DNA of 63,881 nt, the filler included, from Octopus bimaculoides (taxonomy: Eukaryota), in NCBI RefSeq assembly GCF_001194135.2. It is 7 parts of 7 records of this genome, joined end to end, with 100 filler letters (N's around TTAATTAATTAA, not from the genome) between each part and the next. Parts side by side here need not be neighbours in the genome. Positions count along the whole stretch, not along the records: positions 41,410 to 56,952 come from NC_068995.1; positions 57,053 to 58,742 come from NW_026321467.1; positions 58,843 to 62,714 come from NC_068986.1; positions 62,815 to 63,881 come from NC_068985.1; 3 more parts are not named here. The stretch is one strand, 5' to 3'. Numbering within the stretch: the first letter of the stretch is position 1; the number at the start of each line of letters is the position of its first letter. Under the pieces are notes generated by a model. It ran no database searches. It was not told the origin of the DNA and worked only from the letters and a program-made list of their open reading frames with translations. Made by a program: the position numbers and the translations under genes. Below are positions 50,231 to 63,244 of the stretch, one piece after another.

Positions 50231-50504
50231 AAGTGTGTAAATCTGTAATCAAAAGCGTTCCAGCTATGACCATTCCGTCATATTTTTGGATATTATAGAT
50301 ATTATTTAGGACTATATTAGTCAGATCCACCCAACTGGTACGATTTGAGATAGATTTAGCTGTTATTTCTAGCACATCAAACGGCTATTTTGAGATTCGC
50401 TGCGAATTTTTACATTGTGTATTTGCGTGTTTGTCTTTGTGTATGTGCACGTGTGTGTGTGTGTGTGTGNNNNNNNNNNNNNNNNNNNNNNNNNNNNNNN
50501 NNNN

Positions 50505-50535
<31 letters not shown>

Positions 50536-50918
50536 GGACAGAGAAAGTTAGTGTGTTTGTGAGGGGGGTGGGGGGGTAACAGACAAATGTTTAAATCGTG
50601 GGAAATGGCAGATTGTAATTCGGCAAAATATCTATGAAATTAGATTGACCTAATTAACTAATTAATTACTATTAATTATGTTGGTTTTATTGTTAATTAG
50701 ATTTATTTAAAATTCATCCATGTTAACAACAACAACAACAACAACAACAACAGCTACTGAAAAAAAGAAATATATTAAAACTATAATTGAAGATTTCTTT
50801 GAACGGAAGTAAAATTAAATATGAAATTGATTCAAAATGTACCATTCGGATGATATATAGCAGACCTACAGTCGGAAGCAGCACGTATTCGAAGGGGATT
50901 ACTCACTAAGACAGATTA

Positions 50919-51484
50919 GGAATCTTTTTTAAAACGGGGGCCACATTTTTCATTAACGAAACACTTTGAAACTTGGAACACTGGTAGAATGTGTCATATA
51001 AAACATCTTTTTCTCTTAGTCTTCTTAAAAAAAAAGAAATCCCTAAGTTATTCCATGTTAAAGTTGTCGCATTTCTGTAATTTCAACCAATCACTGACGT
51101 CCATTCAGCCGATATACATTAAGTGCCGACTACATAAACAAACGATTCTGAAACAATTCTATCGGTGATAGGGTTAGGGTTAGGGTTAGGGTAAAACAGC
51201 AAATTTAAAAAGAAAAAAGAAAAACGAAGCTATGGAAATTAAATACGCTTTACACCGCTTAATCAGCCAAAGGAGTAAATGTAAACAACTGAATACTTGT
51301 CAGTGATTGGTTGAAATTATCGAAATAAGACAATTTTTTACATGAAATAAATTCGAATACAAAAATATTTTTCTGTTCTATAACACAAAATAGATAAGTA
51401 TACGCAGTTTGAAAGTCTTTCGGTACCAAAAACACTACGTCAAACATTAATGAAAAATGTGGCCCCCGTTTTAAAAAAGATCCC
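50919..51484 (+). mobile_element. TIR MITE, copy 2 (complete, 566 bp), 38-bp TIRs, 6-bp TSD AGATTA, internal (GGGTTA)3GGG
   Basis: GGAATCTTTTTTAAAACGGGGGCCACATTTTTCATTAA / TTAATGAAAAATGTGGCCCCCGTTTTAAAAAAGATCCC; AGATTA at 50913-50918 and 51485-51490. Confidence 0.92.
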
Positions 51485-52890
51485 AGATTAGATACGTTTT
51501 AGCATGATTTCTACATCCAGATGCAATCTTCTCCTCTCCTCCTGACTTACTTGTCATTGCTTCGAGTCACTCTCTGCCACCATACACTTTTTCTTTTTTC
51601 CCCACCACACATCCTGGGTCTCAGTCATCGCTCTATCTCCTGCGTCACATACGTTTCTGTCACTTCACTACCAATTTCAGTCATGTTGCCGGGAGAATAC
51701 GTAAGCATTTCAGAATACTGAATACCATTGTATCTCTTCCCTACCATTCATGCCCCTATGCTTCATGCGATCAGAACGAACAGAGGCGTTGGTTTGTGAA
51801 TGCCCTTTAATCCTGTCGAAGACATGTCTACTTCTCTAGTACTAGAGTCACGAGAAACACACATTTAGTACACTCTGTAAAGTGTGATATGCCGAGCACG
51901 TGACATCCATGGCACCCATTACACCCAATAAAACGGTTGATGTTAAAAGGGCATCTGGATGTAGAGATCATGCCAAAACGTATTCAATCTGTCTTAGTGA
52001 GCAATCCCTTTCGAATACGTGCTGCTTCCGACTGTTCAAACAATGCTTGCATAGAAAACGATCGTACAGTCACGACCGCGACGACGGCGGCGGCGGCGAT
52101 GACAACGATGATGATGATGATGATGATGATGATAACTACTGACAATATCATACATAGAACATTTCTGTTCAGTATTTATTTAACCAAATGATCTTTTAAT
52201 ATTTTAACGAAATGTAGAGTGAAATAGTTACGATAGCTTAAGTGTCTTTGATGTTTGTCAGAAGAACAGAGAGAGAGGGGGGTGAGGGGTAGAGCAGACA
52301 GACTAACAGACAGAGTGAATGAGGATGAGAAAGGGAGTCAGATTGACAGAGGCAGAAAGAGAGAGAAGTGTAGCGCATACAGACTGACTCAGAGAAAGTG
52401 AGGGAGACAGACTGATAGAGTGAGAGAGAGGGAGAGGGAGACAGGAGAGAGAGAGAGAGACAAGAGAGAGAGAGACAAGAGAGAGAGAGACAAGAGAGAG
52501 AGAGAGAGATTCTCCCGCATACGTTGCCAATAAGATTTTAGATATTCACTGTATCAAACATCAACTCTAAGGTTTTAAACGTCGAAGAATTGATACGTAC
52601 GGGTTCTGAACAGTTATCAGGAATTTTGAGCCATTCTTCAAGTAAAACCTGCTAAAGCTCTTTCTTTATTAGAATGTTTAGGTGTGATTTAAAAGGTATT
52701 TCTCCGCTATTACTAACAAATTGAACGACCATGCAAAGTTTCCGTTGATCGAAGTTCACCAAGTCATATTAGGGAGAAATCTCTAAGTCCATACCGGTAA
52801 ACTAAACAAAGTTTTCATTAATTATAGACTGATTCGACCGCTGCTTATAATGGCAAGTTTATTCTCTTACCATGGTACATAGTTACTGTA

Positions 52891-53279
52891 GTGGTGGCGC
52901 AATGGCGCAGTGGTTAGGGCAGCGGACTCGCGGTCATAGGATCGCGATTTCGATTCCCAGACCGGGCGTTGTGAGTGTTTGTTGAGCGAAAACACCTAAA
53001 GCTCCACGAGGCTCCGGCAGGGGATGGTGGCGAACCCTGCTGTACTCTTCCACCACAACTTTCTCTCACTCTTTCTTCCTGTTTCTGTTGTGCCTGTAAT
53101 TCAAAGGGCCAGCCTTGTCACACTGTGTCACGCTGAATATCCCCGAGAACTACGTAAAGGGTACACGTGTCTGTGGAGTGCTCAGCCACTTGCACGTTAA
53201 TTTCACGAGCAGGCTTTTCTGTTGATCGGATCAACTGGAACCCTTGACGTCGTAAGCGATGGAGTGCCAACAACAACAG
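52891..53279 (+). mobile_element. SINE family A, full-length, with TSD
   Basis: CATAGTTACTGT (52878-52889) / CATATTTACTGT (53280-53291). Confidence 0.92.
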
Positions 53280-54851
53280 CATATTTACTGTTAACTTATA
53301 TTCATCGACAAAGACCTTGGGCTGGTAAATCGATCCTGTGAAAGAAGCAAAAAAAAGTACCAATTCACAACCTGCAAAGTTGTTATACTATCGATTGGTC
53401 GGTTGTGACTTCGTAAACTTCTTTCGTACAATGAACACTATTGTATTGAATAATGTTTACTATAGAATAGGGTTCGGCAACCACTACCTTATGTCCGATT
53501 GAACGTTGTTTTTTGTCGCATGAACAAATTACTTTATGTCTTTCAATATCTATTATCAATCCAACAAAATAAACTTCGTGCTAAATGGAAATAAACTCGC
53601 CGTTTATAGCTCTGGAGGAGGGGATGATAGAATAAGTACCATTGAAGAAATAAGTACCATTGAAGGAACATAAAAGGATCAATTGAGTTATGTCTTTTCT
53701 CGAAAAAATTTGCCTTAAACCTTTCATGGAAAAAAGTCGATATGTATTTATGTTATTTCCTTTGAAGCAAATCTCCCACAAAGCAACAAAGCTTCTTTCA
53801 TTGGGGCTCCTCTTTTTTTGTTGCTTTGTATAGCGTCAATCGTTTGTAACCATATTTACATATTAACAATAGCGCTACCACAAACACCACTACCAACAAC
53901 AACAACAACACTACAACCGCCACCACTACCACCCCACTACCACCACTACCACCACGGCCGCCGCCGCTGCCACCACAATCGCCGTCGCTACCCCCCACCA
54001 CCATCAACAATAACAACAACAACAGCAATAGCATCATCATCACCATCATCATCATCCACCAGAACCGCACCAACTACTATCACAACTCCGAGCATTTTTT
54101 TCCTTTTTTGCAATTTTTCCCCCTTTTTCTTTTTTTTTTTTTTCTTTTTACAGATAATGATTTCTTGCATAAGCACAGGGTTAGGTGGACGAGGATAATC
54201 TTTAAAAGGGAAGAGGGTATTAGGAAACTGAATCGATGTTGGGCACATTAGTAATATTTATTACGGGTAATTTTGGTGGGATTTCAATTCAGATGTAAGA
54301 AGGACAAAAACTATAATTTCCATTNNNNNNNNNNNNNNNNNNNNNNNNNNNNNNNNNNNNNNNNNNNNNNNNNNNNNNNNNNNNNNNNNNNNNNNNNNNN
54401 NNNNNNNNNNNNNNNNNNNNNNNNNNNNNNNNNNNNNNNNNNNNNNNNNNNNNNNNNNNNNNNNNNNNNNNNNNNNNNNNNNNNNNNNNNNNNNNNNNNN
54501 NNNNNNNNNNNNNNNNNNNNNNNNNNNNNNNNNNNNNNNNNNNNNNNNNNNNNNNNNNNNNNNNNNNNNNNNNNNNNNNNNNNNNNNNNNNNNNNNNNNN
54601 NNNNNNNNNNNNNNNNNNNNNNNNNNNNNNNNNNNNNNNNNNNNNNNNNNNNNNNNNNNNNNNNNNNNNNNNNNNNNNNNNNNNNNNNNNNNNNNNNNNN
54701 NNNNNNNNNNNNNNNNNNNNNNNNNNNNNNNNNNNNNNNNNNNNNNNNNNNNNNNNNNNNNNNNNNNNNNNNNNNNNNNNNNNNNNNNNNNNNNNNNNNN
54801 NNNNNNNNNNNNNNNNNNNNNNNNNNNNNNNNNNNNNNNNNNNNNNNNNNN

Positions 54852-54968
54852 ACGTGTCTGTGGATTACTCAGCCACTTGCACGTTAATTTCACGAGCAGG
54901 CTGTTCCGTTGATCGGATCAACTGGAACCCTCGACGTCGTAAGCGACGGAGTGCCAACAACAACAACA
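54852..54968 (+). mobile_element. SINE family A 3' end (rest in gap)
   Basis: Matches the A tail with (CAA)n. Confidence 0.88.
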
Positions 54969-56053
54969 GTTGTTAGACATGCTAGATATAGCTGCCTAAT
55001 CTTCCCTCAAACCGCTCATGACTGCCTTAAAAATGGGAAGAACACATTAAATAATTTAACCCTTGGTAGACACAAAACAGAATACAGCTTAGTCATAGCT
55101 GGAATGACTATCATAGGCTTGTTTGATGATAGGCCTATGATAATCGTTAAAGCTATAGACCCATTCGATTAGGGTTTACATGGGGATAAAACAACAAGCA
55201 CAACACTAAACAGCAATAATTAATTATACTTTTTTATTTATTTATTATTATTATTATTTTATTTATTTATTTTTTGGACTGAAGAGCACAAAAGAAGAAA
55301 CACGGAAGGAATGAAGACAATTTGATGTCAGAACTGGTGAACCATTTAAGTTTCAAATGCGAGCTACGTAAAACATTGAGAGGGCGCTACTGTAACAAGA
55401 AAATATAAAATCTTTAATTTTATAAATTCATAAATATGTAAATTAAACTAAATTATTGTTTGATCTTTAAGATTAGATATTTTTATGACTTTGTCAGTAA
55501 GTGATTTCTAATTAGCATATGGATGAAATTTTCCCAATAATTGGGGTGAGGTATGTTCTACCTGTCTAAAAGGTGGTTCGACCTGTGAGAAATAGCATAC
55601 AGATCACCCTCAAATAGACTCTAGCTTTATAAAACAGCAAGGTCCACATTAGATAATGTTGTCTTTGATACATTGCATCTAAAAAACGAAGCAATAGAAA
55701 GGATGTTCATGGCTTCAATTCTTATTATCAGAGGTTTGCTTGATCAGGGACATCTTGGGGCAAGTCATTGTTATCATCAACATCATCGACAAAAACACCA
55801 CCACCACCACAAACAACAACAGATGCAGTAGCAGAAGCACATTTGAAAGAATTGAGTACAAGAGAAAGCAAAAATGAACAAACAAATAATTAAAAAATGG
55901 TGTACCGATGTGGAGGTCAGCTGGCAGCCAGATGTGAATATTTCATTGAAAATTAATGAAAGTGGAGCGTTTATCTTGAGTTGTTTCAAGACCCATAACA
56001 TCGCTACCGGCATTCGGTATTTGCATCTGAAGCCATAAACAACATCAACAACA

Positions 56054-56487
56054 CAGGAGTGGCTGTGTGGTAAGTAGCTTGCTTACCAACCACATGGTTC
56101 CGGGTTCAGTCCCACTGCATGGCACCTTGGGCAAGTGTCTTCTACTACAGCTTCGGGCCGACCAAAGCCTTGTGAGTGGATTTGATAGACGGAAACTGAA
56201 AGAAGCCTGTCGTATATATGAATATATATATATATATANNNNNNNNNNNNNNNNNNNNNNNNNNNNNNNNNNNNNNNNNNNNNNNNNNNNNNNNNNNNNN
56301 NNNNNNNNNNNNNNNNNNNNNNNNNNNNCGTCCCCGTAACTTAGCGGTTCGGCAAAACAGAGCGATAGAATAAGTACTAGGCATCCAAAGAATAAGTCCT
56401 GGGGTCGATTTGCTCGACTAAAGGCGGTGCTCCAGCATGGCCGCAGTCAAATGACTGAAACGAATAAAAGAGTAAAAGAGTAAAAGA
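56054..56487 (+). mobile_element. SINE family B with gap in its internal (TA)n
   Basis: Head and tail intact; flanked by (CAA)n tracts. Confidence 0.9.
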
Positions 56488-57235
56488 ACACAACAGCAAC
56501 AACAAAAGCAACAACAACAACAACAACAGCAGCAACAACAACAGTGACGACGACGACGACGACGACAACAAATCACCACCACAATAAGAAGAACAACAAA
56601 AGCAACAACAACAACAACAACAACAACTACAACAACATCAACAAACTACAGCAACAATACAAAATTTCAAGACCCCGAAAGCCTGGTTGATATTTAAGGG
56701 GAATTGTGACTTTGGTTTTCTCTAATTGTATATTTAATAGGCAAAATAATGATGATTGGAACATAATCATAATGCCGAAAACTGGGTTCTTTGGATTTGT
56801 ACGTGCCACATTTCAAGCAATATAGAATCTTAATTTCCTCTGAGTCACATCTGCACCTCCCTTTAAGTGTAGGTTAGCTTCGTAAGTATACAGGATATAT
56901 TTTATATACAAACACACAGCTACATATGCAGATATATATATATATATATATANNNNNNNNNNNNNNNNNNNNNNNNNNNNNNNNNNNNNNNNNNNNTTAA
57001 TTAATTAANNNNNNNNNNNNNNNNNNNNNNNNNNNNNNNNNNNNNNNNNNNNTGTTTTGGGCTGGCTTGTTGGCTTGTGCTAATCATTGTTGTTTCTATT
57101 GTTGTTGTTTAGCCCCAAGTCAGCCCGAATCAAACAGATTGTTTACTTTATAAGATAGTGGAATATGATTTGAAGGAAAACTGGTCGTTATTTCTAGCAG
57201 GCTACAGACCATATTGACATCTCATATTGATTTGA

Positions 57236-57890
57236 GTTGTGTTGTGCTGTGAGAAGTTGTATGGTGTTGTATTATGATGTATTTTACTGTGCTATATTGT
57301 ACAGTATTTTAGGGTAGTTTACACTATTGTATGTTATTTTACAGTGGTGTATTGTACTATACTGTGTTATATTGTGGCATGCTGTATTGTTCTATGGAAT
57401 GTTGTATTGTACTGTGGTATGGGTGGTATGGTAATATACTATACTGTGTTGTATAGTATTGTATTGNNNNNNNNNNTATGGGTGGTATGGTAATATACTA
57501 TACTGTGTTGTATAGTATTGTATTGTGTTCTATTGTGTTGTTGTATGCTGTACTGTATTATGGTGTATTGTACTTAGTATGTTACATAGTATTGTACTGT
57601 GGTATACTGTACTGTACTGCAGTGTGACATTGTATTACACTGTGCTGTATTGTACTGTGGTATATTGTATGGTATTATGGTGAATTTTATTGCACTGTAT
57701 TATATTGTACTGTACTATGGTATATTATATTGTACTGCAGTGTGGTATTGTACAATATTGTATTGTACTGTATTGTGCTGTGACATGCTGTATGGTACTA
57801 TGTGTATTGTACTGTAGTGTGGTACTGTGCTATATTGTACTGTATTGTTGTATTGTATTGTATGAATTGTATATGTATGTAAACAGATAT
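57236..57890. repeat. Degenerate pentamer satellite (TGTAC/TGTAT/TATTG)
   Basis: About 650 bp with 5-nt periodicity; source of the Cys/Tyr/Val ORFs. Confidence 0.88.
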
Positions 57891-58501
57891 GCAGTGTATG
57901 TGTATTTGTGTATATAGACAGACAGGTAAACAGACACACAGATGCAAAGGTAGATAGATGGTAGGTAGATGGATAGGTTGGTAAGTTTTAAAAGAAGACA
58001 GCAAAGAGAGTTCTGTCTTTATACAGTTACCTGATAATTTACTCACAAGTACATATATTTATATATATATGTGCTTTTCTATATGCCCATGCTTCTTTTA
58101 CTGAATGTTTGCATGTGTGCATAGCATATATTTACATGCATCCGCCTAAGAAAACATGATGAACAAACATTTTCATTTACACCAATTGCTAAGATGATGT
58201 ATAGAGAAAGCAAGTCTATTTACACAATAGTCTGTATATATTTATAAATATCTACTTATATAAACTTTTGCATGCATGGATATACTTAAGCGATCCCCAA
58301 AGTTTTATATAAATATGGTTGTAGTCTGCACATCACTCTCTCCATGTTAAAAAAAATCAGATCAAATACAGGAATTCATGTATCAGTTTATGACATGAAT
58401 TCATATGCACTCATTCTTTGCATCCTTAAAAATATGTTAGAGATTATACCAACCTATCAATGTCCCTACCTACATTCTACATTTATACATACAAACATAT
58501 A

Positions 58502-58742
58502 CAGGGTGGTCCAAAAGTAGGTAGACAGTAAATGATAACATTTATTTTGAGACTACATATACAATTATTACATTGACAATTAAATTTTATTATGTACAAT
58601 AATACAGAAGTGCTTAAATTGTATCAACACAAGTTCTCAAACTGTTGTCCATCACAATTTACATAGCTTTGAAGACTACCCCTTACATTTCAACAAACAT
58701 TTTTGCACAAGTCTCTTTGTGTATTAATTTCTTGAAATGCAT
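58502..58742 (-). mobile_element. Tc1/mariner-superfamily 3' end
   Basis: TA|CAGGGTGGTCCAAAAGTAGG TIR; minus strand AFQEINTQRDLCKNVC*NVRGSLQSYVNCDGQQFENL. Confidence 0.7.
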
Positions 58743-58843
58743 NNNNNNNNNNNNNNNNNNNNNNNNNNNNNNNNNNNNNNNNNNNNTTAATTAATTAANN
58801 NNNNNNNNNNNNNNNNNNNNNNNNNNNNNNNNNNNNNNNNNNA

Positions 58844-59188
58844 TTCCCAACAATTCAACTTCTCTGGTTGACATTAACACCCCCACCCCCAATAGGGGCC
58901 TTCATTCCCACATTTTAGAGCTCCATGAGCTCCATTTTGCAGGAGCAAAATCTTTTTTACAGGTTCCAGAAGACTGAAATTTTGGAATATGCGCATAATG
59001 ATCAATAGTATGGGATACATGTCTCATGATTAGAATTTTTTTAGGGTGTGTAAAGAGGGAAAGAAACCTCATGTGCAATTTTGATGAAATTCGAATCATA
59101 TGTATTCCAGTTCCTTACAGAAAATATAACAGAAAAGTCTCATTTTTCAATTGCATGTAACACGGGCAACGCCGGGTATCTCTGCTAG
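58844..59188 (+). mobile_element. Helitron-type non-autonomous 3' end
   Basis: CACGGGCAACGCCGGG hairpin about 8 nt upstream of terminal CTAG, followed by T. Confidence 0.7.
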
Positions 59189-59789
59189 TGTTTAATACAA
59201 TTTAAACATTGCATGAATGCAATGCTTTCATGGCTTCTGCATCAGCAAAGTTCTTATAGATAAGTTGGAAACAGAGCATCTGATGCCGTGTATGTGGTGT
59301 GTACATATTTGTCTTTCACTCTGCTACCTCAGTAGTATTTATGTGTGTGTGTGTTTGTGTGTGTGACTGCATTATTAAGTGCCACAAAGTGCAGCTTGCA
59401 GTCTACCACTGAATGGTAAAAAGGTTTGAAGAGATTGCTGTATTGTTTGTTTCCACTTTCCCTTTCTGATCATAATGTGAAAGATAACCAACTTTTTCTT
59501 CTTAGAATTAGCAGTTGACACATTTAAATGACAAACAAAATCAGTTGTATGAAAAACAAAAGCATAATCAATGAAATAACTTATTTGAACAATTTCCTGT
59601 TATTTCAGGTATATATATATCAAAATATGTTGCCCCCCAAAATTCTGTCTGACTCATACAAGCATGGAAAATTGGAAGTTAAAACGCCAACAATAACGAT
59701 GATGGTCAACATTGTTTCAGCAGTATTGAGAAATCTTGATTGGAAAAATTAGAATTTGGATGTAGGATTCTCAACTCTCTCACAGGATA

Positions 59790-60180
59790 TACTAATAGCA
59801 TTGACTATTTGATTTATAGTCAATCACCTGTCATCCGTTAGCATGTAGTGAATACGATCAATGTTTTCCTTGGTGGTGGCAGTTGGAGGATGTTCAGATC
59901 TTCAGTCATCTTCAAGACTCTCCTTCCCCATCCTAATTTCAGCTGTCCAATTTTGCACTGTTGATAAAGCTGGAGTATCATCCCTTAATGTAGTGACCTT
60001 CTTAGCATGAATTGCCTTTGGGGTGAAAGCCTTTTTGTGCAGGCACTTAAACCACCACAATGCCAAATCTTGTCCACTTTCAAGAGAAGTCACTACTAGT
60101 AACATCTGAAGGCTTCTTTGAACAGAAAAATGTCAGTTTACCTGGAAAGAAACAATGCAGTTATTAACAAGAGCACTCAA
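59790..60180 (-). mobile_element. mariner transposase N-terminal fragment
   Basis: KKAFTPKAIHAKKVTTLRDDTPALSTVQNWTAEIRMGKESLEDD*RSEHPPTATTKENIDRIH, a mariner HTH region (LEDDPRSGRP). Confidence 0.85.
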
Positions 60181-60342
60181 AGAGAAGAAACCTCCACCAA
60201 GGCAACACCAACATCCTCTCAACAATTAGCCAGAGATGATTTTTAAAATGAGAATATCTGAAATAAACTCGACTGTTCTCACAAATGAAAGTATTAAAAA
60301 TGAACCCAACCGCTCTTAATAATTAAGTAAAAAAGCATGAAA

Positions 60343-60535
60343 GATAATCCAGAATCCTTGTCCAGTACAGGATCAATTCCATAATTTAATCAGTTCGTGC
60401 CAGTCATAAGGCCAAACATCCCTGAAAGTTTCATCTGAATCCATCCTGCAGTTCTTGAGATATCTTGTCCATGGGCAATCAAACAAACACGACTGTAAAC
60501 AATACCTCTGCCTTTGCTAAGGCAGAGGTAATAAG
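60343..60535 (-). mobile_element. DINE-1/HINE-like (Helentron-associated) short element
   Basis: Terminal perfect 12-bp hairpin TACCTCTGCCTT-TGCT-AAGGCAGAGGTA next to a GTTTGTTTG microrepeat; T-rich flank on the minus strand. Confidence 0.5.
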
Positions 60536-60999
60536 AAATACTGAAATTGATTCATGCAAGATTTCACAGTTCTAACATCACTCCTTCCATAGTGAGCCTA
60601 TGAACTTTTCAGTCCATCTTCATAAAGATTTGTTCATGGCTTCAGGAACAAAATGAAAAAATCTGTCCTCCAATTTTTGACAAACCAAAGTTATTGACTC
60701 TTATTCAGCTTAGTATCACATAAAATCAAATATAGTTTAGCCTTTTTGATATCAACCTGGCTGAAACCATCCCTAGTTAAACTTCCTGTTAAAGTGATCT
60801 AAGTTTAAACCTTCCATTAAAATTTTGTGTTAATTTATGCTCGAAACACTATTGGTCTTACTAAATTATTCATTAATTTCAAAATCATGTGAAACAAAGT
60901 TACATATTTCAACAGAAATATAATAACAAAAGTGTTCACCTGACCTAAGTTTGTTACCTTTATATCAAGTTGAAAATCTAGTTTACTGACATTGATTAA

Positions 61000-61078
<79 letters not shown>

Positions 61079-61084
61079 ATAAAT

Positions 61085-61228
61085 ATGACTGTGTGATTAA
61101 GAAGCTCACTTAGCAACCATGTGATTTCTGGTCCAGTCTTACTTCACAACACTTTGGGAAAGTGTCTTCTACTAAAACCTCAGTTCAACCAAACCCTCAC
61201 AAGTGGATTTGGTGAAAGAAGCCTGTTG

Positions 61229-61261
<33 letters not shown>

Positions 61262-61468
61262 CTTTGTCTCCCACTATTGCTTGACAACCAGTGTTGGTGT
61301 ATTTACATCCCTGTAGCTTATCAGTTTAGCAAAAGAAACTGATAGAATAAGTACCATGCTTTAAAAAAACTTAAGTACTGGGGTAGAATCATTTAACTAA
61401 AATCCTTCAAAGGTGGTACCCCAGCATGGCCACAGTCTCATGATTGAAATAAGTAAAAGTTAAAAGAT
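61085..61468 (+). mobile_element. SINE family B, diverged, followed by a second right half (61500-61735)
   Basis: GCTTGACAACC...GATAGAATAAGTACC...CAGCATGGCCACAGTC. Confidence 0.78.
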
Positions 61469-62659
61469 ATATATGTGCGATAGGTTTTTTATAAGAGATA
61501 TAAGTTTGTGCTTGTGTTTATCACACCCGCTCACTGTTTGATAGCTAATGTTGGCTTGTTTATATCCCTATGACCTAGTGGTTTGGCAGAAAAGACCAAT
61601 AAAATAAGTACCCAACATTAAAAAAAAAATGGAAAAAATCCTGAGTCCTGGGGTCAGTTTCTTTTTCAACTAAAACTCTTCAAGGCAGTGCCCACCATGG
61701 TTGTAATCAAGTGACTGAAACAAGAAAAAGGTATTATGTATCCTTAAAAGTATTCCTTTTGCTCAAACACAGCCTCCATTTTATAGAAAAGGAAAAAAGA
61801 AAATTGTATTAAACACAACTAGAGAATAATTTTTCAGTATTGGTTGTTCTAGGAACATACAATTTTGAAGTTAAAGAAATAGATGCACTGATTTCCTTTC
61901 ATTTTCTCAACTAGTACAATGGCTACTCCAGTTGTTAGCATTGGTGGAAAATGAGTTTTCTTCATTATTTTCCCTTTGCACTATTTTTAAGACTCACAAT
62001 CAGCTTTGCTGCTTGGTGCAAGACTGGTTTGTTATGTTCGCTGCATCTAATACCTTTTGTTAGAGCCTAGCACATAGTTATCTCATTAAGTCTGAACATT
62101 ATCCCCAATTTTCTCATATTCAGATTATAAGGCTGTGGGTATTCAAAAATGTCAATGACAATGATTATTATTTAAATATCTTGGAAAATACATGGTTCCT
62201 ATGAACATACAAGGCGGCTGCATAGCCATGTTTTAATTACATATGCACACTCGTGTATATATGTGCGTTTGTGTGTGTGTGTGTGGTATGCATATATGTA
62301 TGCATGTGTATGTGTATGTATGCAAATACACTGCCATTATCCACTCAACACATACTCAATGTGGATGTGTGTACATCCGTGTGGGTGGGTATAGTAGGTG
62401 TATATAGGGTAGTATTAGAATAACTGCTGGACATTGGAGAAATCCATAAAAATACATGTAATTATGAAAGTATGAACAATTTCAGTACAAGACCATACAC
62501 ATCCATGCACACACATAAACACAACAAACATTTGTGTGTGTGTGTGAAACAGAAATATTACATCACTTGAAAATAGGTGAATATGTAGAAAATCTGGCTT
62601 AGCAAATTCCATCCAACGCATCAAAAAGTGGACATTAGATGATGATCATATGTGTATAT

Positions 62660-62714
<55 letters not shown>

Positions 62715-62814
62715 NNNNNNNNNNNNNNNNNNNNNNNNNNNNNNNNNNNNNNNNNNNNTTAATTAATTAANNNNNNNNNNNNNNNNNNNNNNNNNNNNNN
62801 NNNNNNNNNNNNNN

Positions 62815-62873
<59 letters not shown>

Positions 62874-62903
62874 CATACACACACACACACACATGTATAT
62901 ATA

Positions 62904-63137
62904 CAGGGTGACCAAAAGTCACCCAACAGTAAATCGAAACCAATTAATTCCAAGATTTATTTATGTTTAACAACTGAATGAATTTGATAAAAGCAACTAA
63001 ATATGAAACATCATGAAAATTGTTCAAACTGAAGTCCTTCTTGCGAGATACATTTTTGCATCCAAGTCAATACAGAATTACGGATAGTATTTATGGAATT
63101 TTGATTTACTGTCGGGTGAATCAAAGACACTATCCGG
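62904..63137. mobile_element. Tc1/mariner MITE
   Basis: TA|CAGGGTGACCAAAAGTCACCCAACAGTAAATC with partial partner GATTTACTGTCGGGTGA; remnant QKCISQEGLQFEQ on the minus strand. Confidence 0.65.
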
Positions 63138-63244
63138 TTTCCTTTTCAGACATGGTGTATCCAGCCAAGACATTATCTATTGCGTCTCAAAACTGTGAAA
63201 GAAAAAGGTCAAAAGTGGTTCTACCAGAACCCTGTACTAATTGA

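Larger units (their letters stand above)
29828..62770. other. Artificial TTAATTAATTAA six-frame-stop spacers inside N gaps (29828, 36780, 41354, 56997, 58787, 62759)
   Basis: An identical 12-mer sits isolated between N runs six times; assembly artefact. Confidence 0.93.

Noticed and set aside
51673-51700. Plus-strand 20-nt exon-like segment (TTTCAG|TCATGTTGCCGGGAGAATAC|GTAAGC) and similar ones near 13825 and 23116
   Set aside because: They are isolated, with no phase-consistent chain. They show the background rate of splice-like motifs and temper the microexon finding.
55783-56036. IATGIRYLH (kinase VIa-like, plus strand) or INAPLSLIFNEIFTSG (CR1/L2 RT-like, minus strand)
   Set aside because: Each is a single short motif without its expected neighbour (HRDLK, or WKxAxVxP); the two cannot be distinguished from chance or from each other.
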